DNA of 64,000 nucleotides from Octopus bimaculoides (Eukaryota): assembly GCF_001194135.2 (NCBI RefSeq), contig NC_068984.1:98612195-98676194 (forward strand). Reading direction: 5' to 3'. Shown in pieces: positions 50,681-64,000 of the stretch. A program made the position numbers and the translations under genes. The first letter of the stretch is position 1. Every line of letters begins with the position of its first letter. The notes under the pieces were generated by a model. It was not told the DNA's origin and made no database searches. It worked only from the letters and a program-made list of their open reading frames with translations.

Positions 50681-51747
50681 CATATATATACATATATATA
50701 TGTGTGTGTGTGTGATTGCTAATGGGTGGAAATAATTGTTGTAGTGAATAAAGACTAGAGCTAAATCTATCTTCCGTTTCCTTTATCACTTATTATTGTT
50801 ATTATATACATATATATATATATCTGCACATATTGTTAATAGCATATGAATTTAGATGCATCAAGAGATATGAAATAAATCATTATCAATGGTGGAACTT
50901 AAAGTAGATGAAGCTGTAAGTAACTGCATGTAAAGAATATTGGATTAAAAAGCCTCTTGGAAGGAAAATGTTGGAAGTTAAAAAAAATTCCCGGCATGTT
51001 TACAGAGGGTATGGGTTTGCATCTCACAGGCAGCCTTTGATTTTTTCCATCTAAGGAGATTTTTTAAATTTTAACACAAATATTTACATGGTATCACATA
51101 TATATATATATATATATATANNNNNNNNNNNNNNNNNNNNNNNNNNNNNNNNNNNNNNNNNNNNNNNNNNNNNNNNNNNNNNNNNNNNNNNNNNNNNNNN
51201 NNNNNNNNNNNNNNNNNNNNNNNNNNNNNNNNNNNNNNNNNNNNNNNNNNNNNNNNNNNNNNNNNNNNNNNNNNNNNNNNNNNNNNNNNNNNNNNNNNNN
51301 NNNNNNNNNNNNNNNNNNNNNNNNNNNNNNNNNNNNNNNNNNNNNNNNNNNNNNNNNNNNNNNNNNNNNNNNNNNNNNNNNNNNNNNNNNNNNNNNNNNN
51401 NNNNNNNNNNNNNNNNNNNNNNNNNNNNNNNNNNNNNNNNNNNNNNNNNNNNNNNNNNNNNNNNNNNNNNNNNNNNNNNNNNNNNNATATTGAACACTCA
51501 ATATTTCATCTACATTCAATACTTTCTTTCATGGTGCCATCCATTTTTATTTTATTTTATTTTATATCATATATTGTATATTATATTATATATTGTATAT
51601 TCCATATTCTATACCCCACATTGGTTCTGCAGGAATATAAATAAAACATAAAAAACAGACAGTGTTGGAACTCTTTTAAACTAAATAATATATTCCTCTA
51701 TACACAATCATACAAAAAACCCCACCTTTTTTGTATTTATTTTTACT

Positions 51748-51791
<44 letters not shown>

Positions 51792-51992
51792 TATTGACTT
51801 TGAATTAGAAACAATATACATATATGTGTGTGTATTTACATACACACACACTCACACACATACATATATGCCTGAGGCCATGATAGAATACACTTACTTG
51901 CCCAAAGTGCCATGTGGAACCTGGAACCTTGTAGTTGGGAAGCAAGCTTCTTACCACACAGCCATGCCCACGCCAGTATATTTATATATATA

Positions 51993-53360
51993 TTGGGTTG
52001 TCCAGAAAGTTTGTGCTGATTTATAGTAGCTTACCTTTCGACTTATTTTAGAACATGGTTGAGTCCATAAAATAGGATTTGACTACACCTCCATTTAGAG
52101 CACAGTTTAAGCTATCTTTTCGTGGAAGAAGGTTTATGTTCCTATAACCTGTGTTAATTCTGTAACCCTTTAAAATGGAAGATAAGAAATTTCATTTTTG
52201 GCACTTCATGCTTTTCTTTTTCCGTAAAGGGAAAAATGCCTCACAAGCAACCAATGAAATATGTGCAGTTTACGGTGATGTTTCTTTATCTGAAAGAAAT
52301 GTACGGAAGTGGTTCGCAAGGTTCCGAGCTGGAGATTGTAGCCTTATTGATAAAGAGTGATCAGACAGACTATCTACTACAGATGATGACCAAATCAAGT
52401 CNNNNNNNNNNCGAGCTGGAGATTGTAGCCTTATTGATAAAGAGTGATCAGACAGACTATCTACTACAGATGATGACCAAATCAAGTCATTAATTGAGAA
52501 TAACCCACATTGCACAACCCAAGAATTGGCAGAAAGCCTCAACCTATTAAAATCCATCGTTCATGAGCACCTGGTTAAGCTTGGGTACACAAATCGCTAC
52601 GATGCTTGGGAACCTCATGAGCTGAGTGAGAAGAACCTTTTGGATCACATTTCCATCTGTGATTTGCTTTATAAACGGAATGAAAACACGCCTTTTTTAA
52701 AACAAATTGTGACAGGTGATGAGAAATGGATTATCTACCGAAATTTTCAGAGAAAGCGATCCTGGCGTAAGCGACATCAGCCACCCTTAGCCACCCCAAA
52801 AGCGGGTCTTCACTCTAAAAAAGTCTTGCTTTGTGTCTGGTGGGATTGGAAAGGAATTCTGTACTATGAACTTCTCCCAAGTAACCAGACAATTAATTCT
52901 GAGAAATACTGCACACAACTGGAAGAGTTAAAAGCAGCAATTCAAGAGAAACATCTAGAATTGGCCAACAGGAAGGGTGTTGTTTTCCAACATGATAATG
53001 CAAGACTGCACGTTTCTTTGGGAACCAGACAAAAATTGCTGCAGCTCGGCTGGGATGTGTTACCCCACCCTCCATATTCACCAGATATTGCTTCTTCGGA
53101 TTTCCACTTATTCAGGTCTCTGCAGAATAGTCTTAATGGTAAAAATTTCAATTCCTTGGATGATGTAAAAAGATGCCTTGTTGAATTTTTTGCCATGAAA
53201 CCACCTCAATTCTGGGAAGAGGGTATTTTCAAGTTAAAGGAAAGATGGAGACACATTGTGCAGCAAAATGGTTCATATTTGGTTGATTAAAAATGTAATG
53301 GCAAGTATTTATTGACCTTTTTCTTTCCTTTAAAAGTCGGCACAAACTTTCCGGACAACC

Positions 53361-53363
<3 letters not shown>
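51993..53363 (+). mobile_element. Full-length mariner (DD34D) with TIRs and TA flanks; one stop and an assembly-gap duplication
   Basis: TIR ttgggttgtccagaaagtttgtgctga / tcggcacaaactttccggacaacccaa; W(E)PHEL, VTGDEKW, FQHDNAR, HPPYSPDIASSDFHLF. Confidence 0.95.
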
Positions 53364-53397
<34 letters not shown>

Positions 53398-53419
53398 CTC
53401 TGCCAATATATCCATACAC

Positions 53420-53599
53420 TCCTTTCAATGCCATGTGTGTCATAAGGTCTGCAAATCTAACAGAGGCCTCAGAAGACATTTTAAAATCTATAAAGATCAG
53501 AACTTAACTGCAGCTCTTGGTAGTCCAAATCAGATATGCAGTCTATGTTGGTGTCTTTTCAGTACATTGTCTGGTTTAAAAAAACATCAGATACCATGA
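53420..53599 (+). pseudogene. Two decayed C2H2 zinc-finger motifs, likely of retroelement origin
   Basis: CHVCHKVCKSNRGLRRH and CSLCWCLFSTLSGLKKH (C-x2-C-x12-H); the final His is lost in both; no splice sites seen. Confidence 0.45.
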
Positions 53600-54419
53600 T
53601 AGATTTAAGGTTTAAGTACTAGAGTTGATCAGACTCTGTACAAGGACTACATGCCCACCATGTATATACATATGTGTGTGTATGTACACACACACGCACA
53701 GAGTTTCTGTCCTCCAAATTACACAATGAAGCTATTTGTCTAAGTGGCACTTAAGTTGCAAATACTTGCTCCAGGCGCCCCACAGTGGGATCAAACCCCA
53801 AACCATTTAGTTGCACAATGAGTTTTTTTAACAAACCAGTCACTCATTCTACTAAATTTGACATATTTTTTACTCTTATTTATCTTTGTACATTTAATTA
53901 TATTAATTGATCCATGAAATATTAACTGCATGCTGTTATTGTTGTTGTATAGCCTTGGACAGCTCTGAGCAAATCAATTCCCCAAATGTTATCAGCTATC
54001 ACATAAAGCAACTGACTGGCATAATTAGCCCATAGCTCCCTTACCATTATTCTGGGATATTTTCAACAGATATACATGATAGACAGACAGATAAATAGAT
54101 TGATAGATAAATAGATAGACAGACAGACAGACATGTATGTATGCATGCATGTAAGATATATATTTGTGTGTGTGTGTGTGTGTATGTGTGTGTGCATGTG
54201 TGTATATACACATGCATTAATTCCTTTAATGGACTCAATACCAAATTTATTTAATTGTATATTATCTACGTTTATATAACTTTATGTGCATGAGTGTACA
54301 TGTATGAGTGTATGTATATGCATGTGTAGATCTGTCTGTCTATCTATCTATCTGTCTGTCTGTCTGTCTGTCTGTAGGGTCCATGGGAAAAATCATTCAT
54401 GACTATTTGCTAATGTAGA

Positions 54420-55205
54420 AGTTGTCTGCACAATAGATTCCTCATATGCTCACACCTCTTCAGAAGCAGGAAGCGAGTCAATTCCTCTCAGGCTCTTTCG
54501 GCAAGGTGCCAAGAAAACGAGGAAGACTTTTTCGGCAGATTTATCACATAGGATGATACATGAGCTCATCATTATGTTCCTGAGACTAAAGTCCAGTCGA
54601 AGTAATGGAAGCATGATAACTCACCACCTCCAAAGAAGGCTCATGTCCAAGCCTCAGCAGGCAAGGTGACACTCACAGTCTTTTGGGACCAGCACTGAAT
54701 AGTGATGACAGATTTTCTAGCAAAGGACACCACAGTTAATGAGACATATTATGCTTCTCTGATGCAGAAATTGTGGGACACCATCATATCTGAGAGGCGT
54801 GGCATGCTGATCAAAGGGGTCCACTACTTCCAAGATAATGCCCCAGTTCACAATGTGCATGTTGCCCAAATGAAAGCACACTCCTGCGGTTATAAAATCC
54901 TTCTTCATCCTCCTTACTCTCCCGATCTCACACCATCTGACTTCCACCTCTTTCCAACCATGAAGTCTTTTTTGAAGAGGAAGCACTTTTCGGATGATGA
55001 TGTACTTATTTCCATGGTAAAGTCTTGGCTCTGGATGCAACCTACCGATTTCTACAGATGAGATCTTCACAGCTGCATAAAGCAATAGAAGAAGTGTGTC
55101 CCCATTGGTTGTGGCTATGTAGAGAAGGACTAATAATTATGCCGAGTTTAATTTATCCCAGTCCTTGGGAAGTGGAACATGGGAAATCTTTAATGAATAC
55201 ACCTT
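54420..55205 (+). mobile_element. Partial mariner transposase (catalytic region)
   Basis: YFQDNAPVH, LHPPYSPDLTPSDFHLF, upstream DDTxAHHYVPE; stops and frameshifts. Confidence 0.88.
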
Positions 55206-55207
55206 GA

Positions 55208-55239
<32 letters not shown>

Positions 55240-55520
55240 TTGATAGAATGCATACTATAAATTTATAGGTATGATTGTTTATGTGCTTACAAGTTTTAAT
55301 GTTGAATTGTGATATTTCTTCATAGTATTTAACTGTACACTTATTTTAGTTTTTTAACGGATTTGTAAGTTAGACGTTTGATTGTGGATTTGCTTGGGGT
55401 TGTTGGTGAGTTTATTTCATACACTTTCTGGATTGTGCTGGCTTAGGTTATTTAATTTGATGAAGATAGCCATTAGGTGAACGGTATGACTTACCTTATT
55501 AATTTAATGACAAAGGGTAA

Positions 55521-55551
<31 letters not shown>

Positions 55552-56199
55552 TGTATGTATGTATGTATATATATATATATATATATACAAAGAATAAGTC
55601 CTGGTATCGATTTGTTTGACCAAAGGTGGTGCTCCAGCCTGGCTGCAGTCAAATGACTGAAACAAATAAAAGAATAAAAGAATATATATGCATATACATA
55701 CACATATATTCATGTGTACATGTGTATGCTATGGATTCTAGTCATCGGATTGAGGGCATCTCCTGATACTTATCAGTCTGATATTTATTTTATCTCTTTC
55801 TATATGTAAAACTACAGTAAAGATCACAACATAAACACATTCATGGTCATAGGCATACACGCATATGCATCTATCCATCTATGTGTGTGTATGTGTGAAA
55901 TTGTTACTTAGGATATGCAATTCCTTAACTGTTACTGTCTTAACATCACATGACTAGCACAGATTTTGCTGTATCTAGATTGTAGCACATGCATACACAC
56001 ACTGATTCTTTATGTTCATACATACTTGTAGGACACACATCTATATATATATACATAATCACATACATAAATAATCTGGTGTCAAAGTCATTTATGTTGG
56101 CATAAGGCAACTATTCATCTTTTGTATAATGAATATTATTCCTTAAAACTTTTGCCAATTATACATGAAAATCTGGTAATCTTTGGATAAATGTAAGGA

Positions 56200-59100
56200 A
56201 ACACCTTTTTTTTTCAAGATTTTATCAACAATGAAATGGTACGAAATAACTGAAACTCAAAACATGCACATACTATTACATACACTACAGAAACATGGGT
56301 TAGCTATCAGAGGCTGCAAAACTACTGAGAGTGAGTCCAGTGGATCTTTGAATAGAATCAAGACCTGTATCAATTCCTTGAAACAGCTAAGGAAGATTAC
56401 TTGGCTACAAGAAAAGTTCCTGGGATCAAAAATGCTACAACAATTCATATTTCAGAGCCAAACAGTTATGGCAACACACCTACTTTGCACCTTCATTATG
56501 AAAAAATTTGCTGTTATTCACGATCATCAAAATTGCTCGTTAAATAAATGTCAGAACAGACAAGTGGATTTATCTCTTGAGAAACATGAATTACAACTGA
56601 TGTGATAACAATAACAGCATTAACACTGAGATGAGCATGCCACCATAACAGAGACAAGTGGTTGCTGCTTCAGAACAAACAGAATAGAGTGAAGAAAATA
56701 AACGACTCAAAACGCAGTTCAAAATATAAGGTTGAAACAAAACTTCACAATCTACATTAAAGAGCAATTACAAGAATAAACAGAAAACCCACTTGTAATG
56801 TTAATCTTGATCTGTTGAGTCACTAAAGAACATCAGCACAGATCAAGAATCCCAACTTTTGGACACTGAATTTCTTACTATACTGTTTTGCAGTTATCAT
56901 TTGCCAACAGATGGAAGTAACAGATATCAACTGTAATGAGGAAAAGGTAAAGTGAATGACCTCTCTCCAGACAAATGTCAACAAACTCAAAAATAATACT
57001 GGACAATTAGATATTATAAACAAGTGCAAAATGAATGATAGACTCACAGACCACCAACTGTGACTTTATGTTAGATTATTTAAGGTCTGTAGGAATTATC
57101 AATATGAAATACTAATAGGTAAGTTAATTATTCTTAAATATGATCAGGGTGTGGTAAATGAAAAGCTAAAACACAGAGCCAGCAATCACAAGTTTGTACT
57201 AAGTGGAATATTGCAGTATAAAAGGCAAAACCAACAAGTTTGTAAAAGCCCCTCCTCCCTAGAATGACTTCGAATCATTTGGTGTCTGTGTGGGAGGATA
57301 ATTTGGAATGTAAATGACAACACAACTGTTGTGCAATGTGTTTAGTTGAGCAATAGAATGACTACTGCACAAATGTCTCTTTCAAAATTTTAAAGATCAA
57401 CGGTCAAACTCTCCTGATGGTTGTTGCAAAATTACCTAATGAAAAATCATCTTGGCGAGATCTGATAGTCAGTTATTAGTACAGAAATTACATGTTTTAC
57501 TGAGCAGGCATCATTAACCTATTCACCAGAATAATGGAAACTGAACTCAATGTGCCAGATTGGCTGGCAGTTGCATTTGCAACATTAGTACCTAAAAAAT
57601 AAGGAGATGCATGTGAACAAAAACTACTGGACTCAATGATACTTGAATGTTATGTATAAGTTATATACAGGTTGTTTGGCTGTGTTCCTTCAGAATCACT
57701 GCAAAACATACAATGTAATAACTGTTGGGTTCTATCTGCTATAATCAATGTCATTAAAAGACTGATACCAAGGCCCACAGAGCTAACAATAAAACTTGAA
57801 GCTATTACTTTAGTCCTTAACAGAATTTGGTTAGCAACAGGAATATTGCAGGGTAACAGCTTATCCGTAATGATTTTCAAACTGTGGACCTTTTGTCAGC
57901 TTTGTTGAGGAAATGGAATAACTACTTGATAGAATGTGTAGAGGAGAGAAAAATAAATATCAACTGCATCATTTTTGTTGAGGTCCTTAGGCTGTATTTG
58001 AGCAATATTCATGATGCCATGAGATAGATTGGATAGAAGATAGGAATGGAGTTTGGTTAGTGTAAGTGTTCATATTTAATAGTTAAATAAGGAAAAATTT
58101 TCAACCAGACAAGAACTAGAGGTAAATGATATAAATACCTCAAAATTGATGAAAATATTGCATATATTGATTCTATGAGGAAAACAAAAGTAACAAAATA
58201 ATGCTTCAGCAGATTGTGGAAGGTATTGAGAGTAGAACATAAGACCAGGAAACATACTCGAGTTATAGTTATAATGCCAATAGACAGTCAGAAGTGGTTA
58301 CATCATTCTTGCAGGACATAGGAATAGAGACTGGTCAGAATAAGTGTTCATATTATGTAGTCAAATAAGAAATATAGATATTGGTGTTCTGTCTCTCTCC
58401 TTATCATTATGGTGAATGTGACAGATGACTTGGAATACTGCATATGTTGGTGCTGTGAGTAAAACCAGAGTGACAAAAAAAAAAAAGACCAAAAACCAAA
58501 AAAAACAAAACAAAATCTCATCATATGGAATGAAAATCAAAGCAGTTTATTTGTAATGACTCAAAACAGTTTGTATGTAATAAATCTGTGTCTCATAATG
58601 CTTTTGTAGTGCTAGTGCTACTGCAAAAATTTGAAACACCAGGTTGGATGCATTAAGAAATTTACTTCAGCAGTGATACTTACAGAATCTACGTTAAATA
58701 GAGGAAGAATGGAGGCAGAAGCTTAAAATCAGTCTAGATGGGCTTTGACTGCTGTATAGTATTACTTAGACAACACATTGAACAGAAAAGGGAGAAACAG
58801 GTAAAATATATACTCAACAGTGAAGGTAATAACATTAAAAGAATAAGTGAAGAACTCCTGAAAAGGCACTCTGACTATATCCCTGTTCAATGTGCATCAA
58901 GGGTGGCTGGGATGACCAACTTAAACAGAAACTTGCAAGGAAAATACTTATAGCAAAAGAAAATTATGCATGTGTACATATCCCACAAACTATGAAATGC
59001 TGACAACACTGACAGCTGTAGCCTCTCCTGAACCTGTGATAGATACATCACATTTTGCCTAGAAGGCCATGTCTTTGTTGTTCAAGTTCAAGAACAGGAG

Positions 59101-59460
59101 AGAGCTACTAAATACCTGATCAACAGGAGAGATAAGAATTCCTCTAGACTGTTACATTGTGATAGATGTTGATTGCACATGTACACGAATGTGGAATACC
59201 ACCTATATCATTAGCAGTTGTCAAAAAATGTCCACAAAATATCACCTTCTCACGAGGCAGGACATTGTCACTAAAGCTATTTACTATGCTATACACAAGA
59301 AGGATTGTCCTGATGGTCATACCAAAGACACACCTGAATGACAGCAAAACATTTCAATCAAAACAGTGACCTGGTGTGAGCACAAAAGGCCAAATATTGC
59401 TTTATGAGATGAGGAACAAAAATCATGCATTACTATAGAGATCAGCTGTATTGGGCTGTG
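56200..59460 (+). mobile_element. Old R4/Dong/NeSL-like non-LTR retrotransposon, heavily decayed
   Basis: Scattered fragments: GILQGNSLS (RT), TYIISSCQKMSTKYHLLTRQDIV (CCHC region), HKRPNIAL, EISC; many stops. Confidence 0.6.
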
Positions 59461-59469
59461 TAGCAATAG

Positions 59470-60290
59470 ATTTGTTTAAAGTGAATGGAAGTTGCAGAAG
59501 ATGGAGACCCAGGAAGACAGGGGATGAAGTAGTGAAGACTGATCTCAAGATGCTGAGCCTTACAAGGAGATGACAGAGGACCAAGATATGTGTGAATTGC
59601 TGTATTCAAGAAGGCCCACCCATCACACCAGAATTATGATCCTAAACCCAAGGTGCTATATAAAAAGCACTGGTGTGGGTGCTGGTGCCACGAAAAAGCA
59701 CTACTGATGGGTACCACATAAAAAGCACTCTGTAAAGTGGTTGGTATTAAGAAGGATATCCAGCTTTAGAAACCAAGTCAAAACCAAATCTTTATAAGAA
59801 TTTATCAACAATTTATCAATTAATAAATTTTTTCCTTATAAGGTTTTTTCACGCTAACACTTTTAACCTCCTTACCACCATGTCACCCTTGGTCTAGCTG
59901 GAACTCTACACCAACCACAGATTTCATCCTTAGCCCTCAGTAGATTGCCCTGCAAGAACTTCCAGTTGTCCCATAAGCTATATATCACCAAATCTTCCTC
60001 TCTTTCATCAGAAGCTTCCCTTAATAAATCCCTAATCTGTTTGCTGGGTCTTTGAGCTTCCATAGTCTTCTTTTCCAGATTGATTTATTTCTCCATGTCT
60101 TTCTAGCTCTAATTCTGAAGTCACTAACTAGCAAGCTATGTTGGGTTGTACACTCTTCACCTGGGAAAGACTTTGCATTTTTAAGCATCCATCTATGTCG
60201 TTGTCTGGTGAGGAGGTAGTCAATCTGGCTTATGTGCTCACCAGATTGATAAGTGATTAAGTTGCTGGCTGGTTTTTTAAAGTTAGTGTT
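59470..60290. mobile_element. Two RTE fragments (3' piece on +, EN/linker piece on -)
   Basis: GRPRKT.DEVV-like stretch and UTR on +; ITYQSGEHISQIDYLL..KSFPGEECTTQHSLLVSDF on -. Confidence 0.75.
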
Positions 60291-61265
60291 ACACACACAC
60301 ACACACACACCAACTAATCTCAACTATTTCAGATAATCACAAATGCCAACAGCTGACTTGATTTCAAAAAAGAAAGACTTTGTCACTTTGTTAGAGACTG
60401 AGATGATCCTACAGAAGAAAAAATTTAAATGAATCCCAAAGAAATAACTTCAATATATACAGACATGCATATATACACAGACAATCCATATATATATACT
60501 GTTTACATACATACATATCTACACATACATACATACATACAATCATACAACAAATTTGCACAAAAACCTAGAAATATGTGGTACCATAGTAAAAAAACAA
60601 AAGAAGCTGACGTGGATTATCCAAATCTAATCTAATAATGGCACAGTGAAGATTTGTAAGACATTCAAAAACATCTCCATCTGAGATTCTTATGTGAACA
60701 GATGCATACACTTGGGTGTATGCATTGACATTTTAACCAACACACCAACTCAACCACATATTTACAAACACTGGGAACTTTCTTAACTCAAAAAGTTTTG
60801 TCACTTTATTAGTGACCGGTTTAAACTCTAGCAAGAAAAAAACTAGATAAAACTATAAAAAGGAATCGTACATACATACAAAACCAGACAGTAGAAAGCT
60901 AATTAGAAAATTACAAATATCAGTGGTGATGTCAATATTTGCAAAACTTGCCAAAAGTTCAGCATTTAAGTATATGCATGAGAATACATACAAAAAAAAA
61001 AAAAACAAGATGTACAAATCTGCACATGCACTGACTCAAATATTGCATATATACAAACAAAAACACATAAACACCTTGTTGATGTGGTTTAAAATTCCAA
61101 TGAAGAAGCCTTGGATCTAGATTAGAAGCAAAACTATTTCTCTATTGACAAAAAGTCTAGTAATAAAATGGAATAACATACATACATTTCCTTTCTTATT
61201 TAAGTATTTCCCTTTGCTGGACACAAAATGGTAAGGCACTTGTATGTATGCATGCATGCATACAT

Positions 61266-62152
61266 GTGGGGGTTCCCAAAAGAAACCAGAATTTTGCAAT
61301 ATTATTTTATTCACTTAGTTTTACATGTTTACACTTTTACTGCCTTCAAAGTATTCTCCATTTGAAGCAATGCATTGGTCCAGATGCGTTTTTCACTGTT
61401 TGAATCAGTCCTGGAAATTTTGCAAACTGATGCCTTTTAATGCCTCCGTTGATTTTTTCTTCACCTCTTCCACATCTGTTAATCCCAAAGTACCAGCTTT
61501 CATTACCAGTGCTGAACTTTGAAAAAAATTCTGGATCAACTTCCAGCTGTTCTTTCAGTTTACAACATGCATTCAGTTGTGACTGCTTTTGATCTTCCAT
61601 GAGCAAGTGAGGCACAAATTTTGCTGCAACTCTTTTCATTCACAATTCCTCACTCAAAATTCATTGGCAGGAGCTCCAGGACACACCAGCCATATCAACA
61701 AATTCATCAATTGTTTGGTGATGGTTCTCTATGATCAGTTCATGAATTTTCATAAAGTTTTCATTTGTTCGGGAGGTTGATAGTCATTCTGAATGAGGTT
61801 GATCTTCAAGCGACAAGTGACCATTCCTAAAGCATGAAATCTACTTCTACACTGGTGTTTTGCCCATGGCAGTGTCCTTGTAAGCTGTTTGAAGCATGAC
61901 AGCTGTTTTGCTTGCCTTTTTCTCCATCAGAAAACAGAATTTTATCGAAGCGCACTATCCCTTTGTTTCAGCCATCTCAAAAATTGATGAACAGGAGAGA
62001 AACACCATGTGGCAGTACAACTTCACCCAATGCTGCCAGTTACTAGACTGATGCCAGAGGGTTGCATCAAGTGGCTTCTAGTGGCAGAAACCTGAACTAC
62101 AACAGACTTGTCCCACAGAGAACGTTTCTGATTACTTTTGGGTACCTTCTCA
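61266..62152 (-). mobile_element. Internally deleted mariner with imperfect TIRs
   Basis: Minus ORF AAKFVPHLL..KFSTGNESW; ends ggttcccaaaagaaaccagaa / ttctgattacttttgggtacc. Confidence 0.8.
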
Positions 62153-62160
62153 TATACATA

Positions 62161-63448
62161 TCAGGTCATCCCATAAGTTCTGTCTGATTTTACCTTTTTC
62201 AAAATTGAATGAAATTTAATAGTATTTTATAATGTCTAATGGAATTAAAAATTATTTTTATGCTTTTGTGTACATTTAAGCTAATTAAATATTATTTTAC
62301 AGAATAACAGAATTAAAATTTCTTTGATTCAAACATTTTCTAACATGGAAGTATCCAAAGACCATTTGAAGCACATAATGCTTTATGAGTACAAAAAAGG
62401 AAATTATGCAGCCGAAGCAACTCGAAACATACACTCAGTTTATGGGAAAGAATGCTTGAATGAAAGAACTTGCAGAAGAGGGTTTGCAAAATTCAGAATT
62501 AGAGATTTCAGCCTTGAAGATGAAGATCGAACAGGACGTCCAGTTGAATTTGATGATAAGCTCCTTGAGGCATTACTTGAAGAAAATCCTGCATTATCAG
62601 TTGAAGAATTGGCAATAAAGCTTAGTTCAAGCCATACAACTGTACATTGTCATCTTCAACAACCTGGAAAGGTTTCTAAACTTGGAAAATGGGTGCCTCA
62701 TGAATTGTCCGAAAGCAACCGCAAATCCCGAGTTGACATCTGCTCTTTTCTTCATTCCCACATATTCATTTCACCCTTTTTGGATAGACTTGTGAGCGGT
62801 GACGAAAAATGGATCTTCTATCGAAATGTTAAATGGCGTAAACACTGGCAAGGTAAAAGGGAAAAAGCTCAACCACAACCGAGAAGGGAACTTCATGGGA
62901 AAAAGGTTCTTCTCTCTATCTTGTAGTATTGCAAAGGAGTAATTCACTTTGAATTGTTACCACCTAATGCAACAATCAATGCTCAAATCTACTGTCAGCA
63001 GTTAGAGCGTTTGAGCCAAGCTTTGAAGGAAAAAACTCCGCTTTAGTGAATCAAAATGGAGTGATGTTTCATCAGGACAATGCGTGACCCCACACTGCAA
63101 AGATCACATCACAGAAGATTGAAGAGCTTGGTTACGAAAAAAAATCCTCATCCACCTTATTCTCCCGACCTTGCTCATTCAGACTACCATTTGTTTCGTA
63201 GTTTACAGAATCATTTGGGGGACATAAATTTCGCAAGCCAGGAGGAGGTCGAAACTGACATTTCAGAGTTCTTCGCTTTGAAACCAAAAGAGTTTTACAT
63301 TGATGGGATTAAAAAGCTTGTAAATAGATGGAAGGAAGTCATAGATAATCAGGGAAATTACATTGATGATTAAATTTCAATTAAATGTAACATTTGATCA
63401 CTTGTTTTCTTTACTTAAAATTCAGACAGAACTTATGGGATGACCTGA
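62161..63448 (+). mobile_element. Full-length mariner (1288 bp), perfect 27-bp TIRs, TA target duplication, disrupted ORF
   Basis: TA-tcaggtcatcccataagttctgtctga...tcagacagaacttatgggatgacctga-TA; GKWVPHEL, VSGDEKW, HQDNA, HPPYSPDLAHSDYHLF; stop at 62924-26 and frameshifts. Confidence 0.96.
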
Positions 63449-63576
63449 TACATATAGATATGCATGCAATCGAAAAAACAAGTACCTTACTGTTTTGTGT
63501 CCAGCAAAGAGAAAAACTTAAATAAATACTAAGGGAAACACACACGCATACACACACACACACAAACAAACACACG

Positions 63577-63614
<38 letters not shown>

Positions 63615-63689
63615 GGTCAAATGTACAACAACGAAAGACAAATACAGTTGAGAGAACAACAAAGTATATTAGTTTGACACTCAGGAAAG

Positions 63690-63705
63690 AGAGAATATAT
63701 GTATG

Positions 63706-63744
<39 letters not shown>

Positions 63745-63925
63745 GTATATATATATGCATGTATATATATGTATGTATATATATATGTATGTATATATGA
63801 ATACATATGTATGTATATATGTGTATGTATATGTATGTATGTATATATACGCATGCATATATATATGCATGTATATATGTATGCATATATATATGTATAT
63901 ATGTGTATATATATATGTATGTATG
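63690..63925. repeat. (TA)/(TATG) compound microsatellite
   Basis: Direct reading. Confidence 0.9.
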
Positions 63926-64000
63926 ATGCGGCCTGCCCTACTCTTCGAAACGACTGTGTTAGAATGGGGGTAGCTGATGAAGGAAAATGTTTTTTATGTG

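Noticed and set aside
625-51651. Long ORFs in the track filled with X (625-1595, 8210-9153, 18.4-19 kb, 23.1-23.6 kb, 24580-25173, 33771-34797, 42750-43672, 51084-51651)
   Set aside because: They only span N-gaps and are not real coding sequence.
52324-52489. 78-bp duplication inside the mariner
   Set aside because: Identical copies flank a 9-N gap, a typical unmerged contig overlap.
56183-56605. 140-aa ORF as a host gene
   Set aside because: No splice signals or domain; it lies at the 5' side of a decayed R4-like element and probably belongs to it.
61206-61232. 27-nt candidate exon YFPFAGHKM|gtaagg
   Set aside because: Weak acceptor and no similarity to the kinesin motor.
4881-63973. ORFs rich in YI/CV/HT/LS/poly-Y/poly-S/poly-H
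   Set aside because: Translations of di-, tri- and tetranucleotide microsatellites.
63940-63990. GAAACG..CTGATGA near the window end as a type II HHR
   Set aside because: Stems do not pair and the element is truncated by the window edge.

Overview
AT-rich, repeat-saturated eukaryotic genomic DNA with about ten N-gaps. The (TA)n/(CA)n/(TACA)n microsatellites, tRNA-derived SINEs, RTE and R4/Dong-like LINEs and mariner/Tc1/pogo remnants suggest a cephalopod (octopus-like) draft assembly; this is inference. Most listed ORFs are artefacts of microsatellites or N-runs. The only host-gene signal found is a + strand kinesin-14 gene (KIF25/KIFC-like): one clear exon at 12979-13064 (ELRGNIRVHCRLRP...) and a phase-compatible candidate next exon at 36448-36493, about 23.4 kb downstream. 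The main unannotated structure is a set of type I hammerhead ribozyme (HHR) motifs from several unrelated repeat families. Two have all core nucleotides and all stems intact (1732-1805 +, 26257-26323 -) and show compensatory base changes relative to each other. Others are partly decayed (25720, 29591, 34998, 12670, 50116, 50469). Several share a palindromic stem III, and three families share an atypical U.U stem II junction. Two loci (25.5-26.7 kb, 50.0-50.7 kb) have a tandem-plus-5'-inverted-copy layout like Penelope-like element (PLE) pseudo-LTRs or retrozymes, and a decayed PLE reverse transcriptase lies at 43.9-44.4 kb. No database searches or folding programs were run; all structures were paired by eye.
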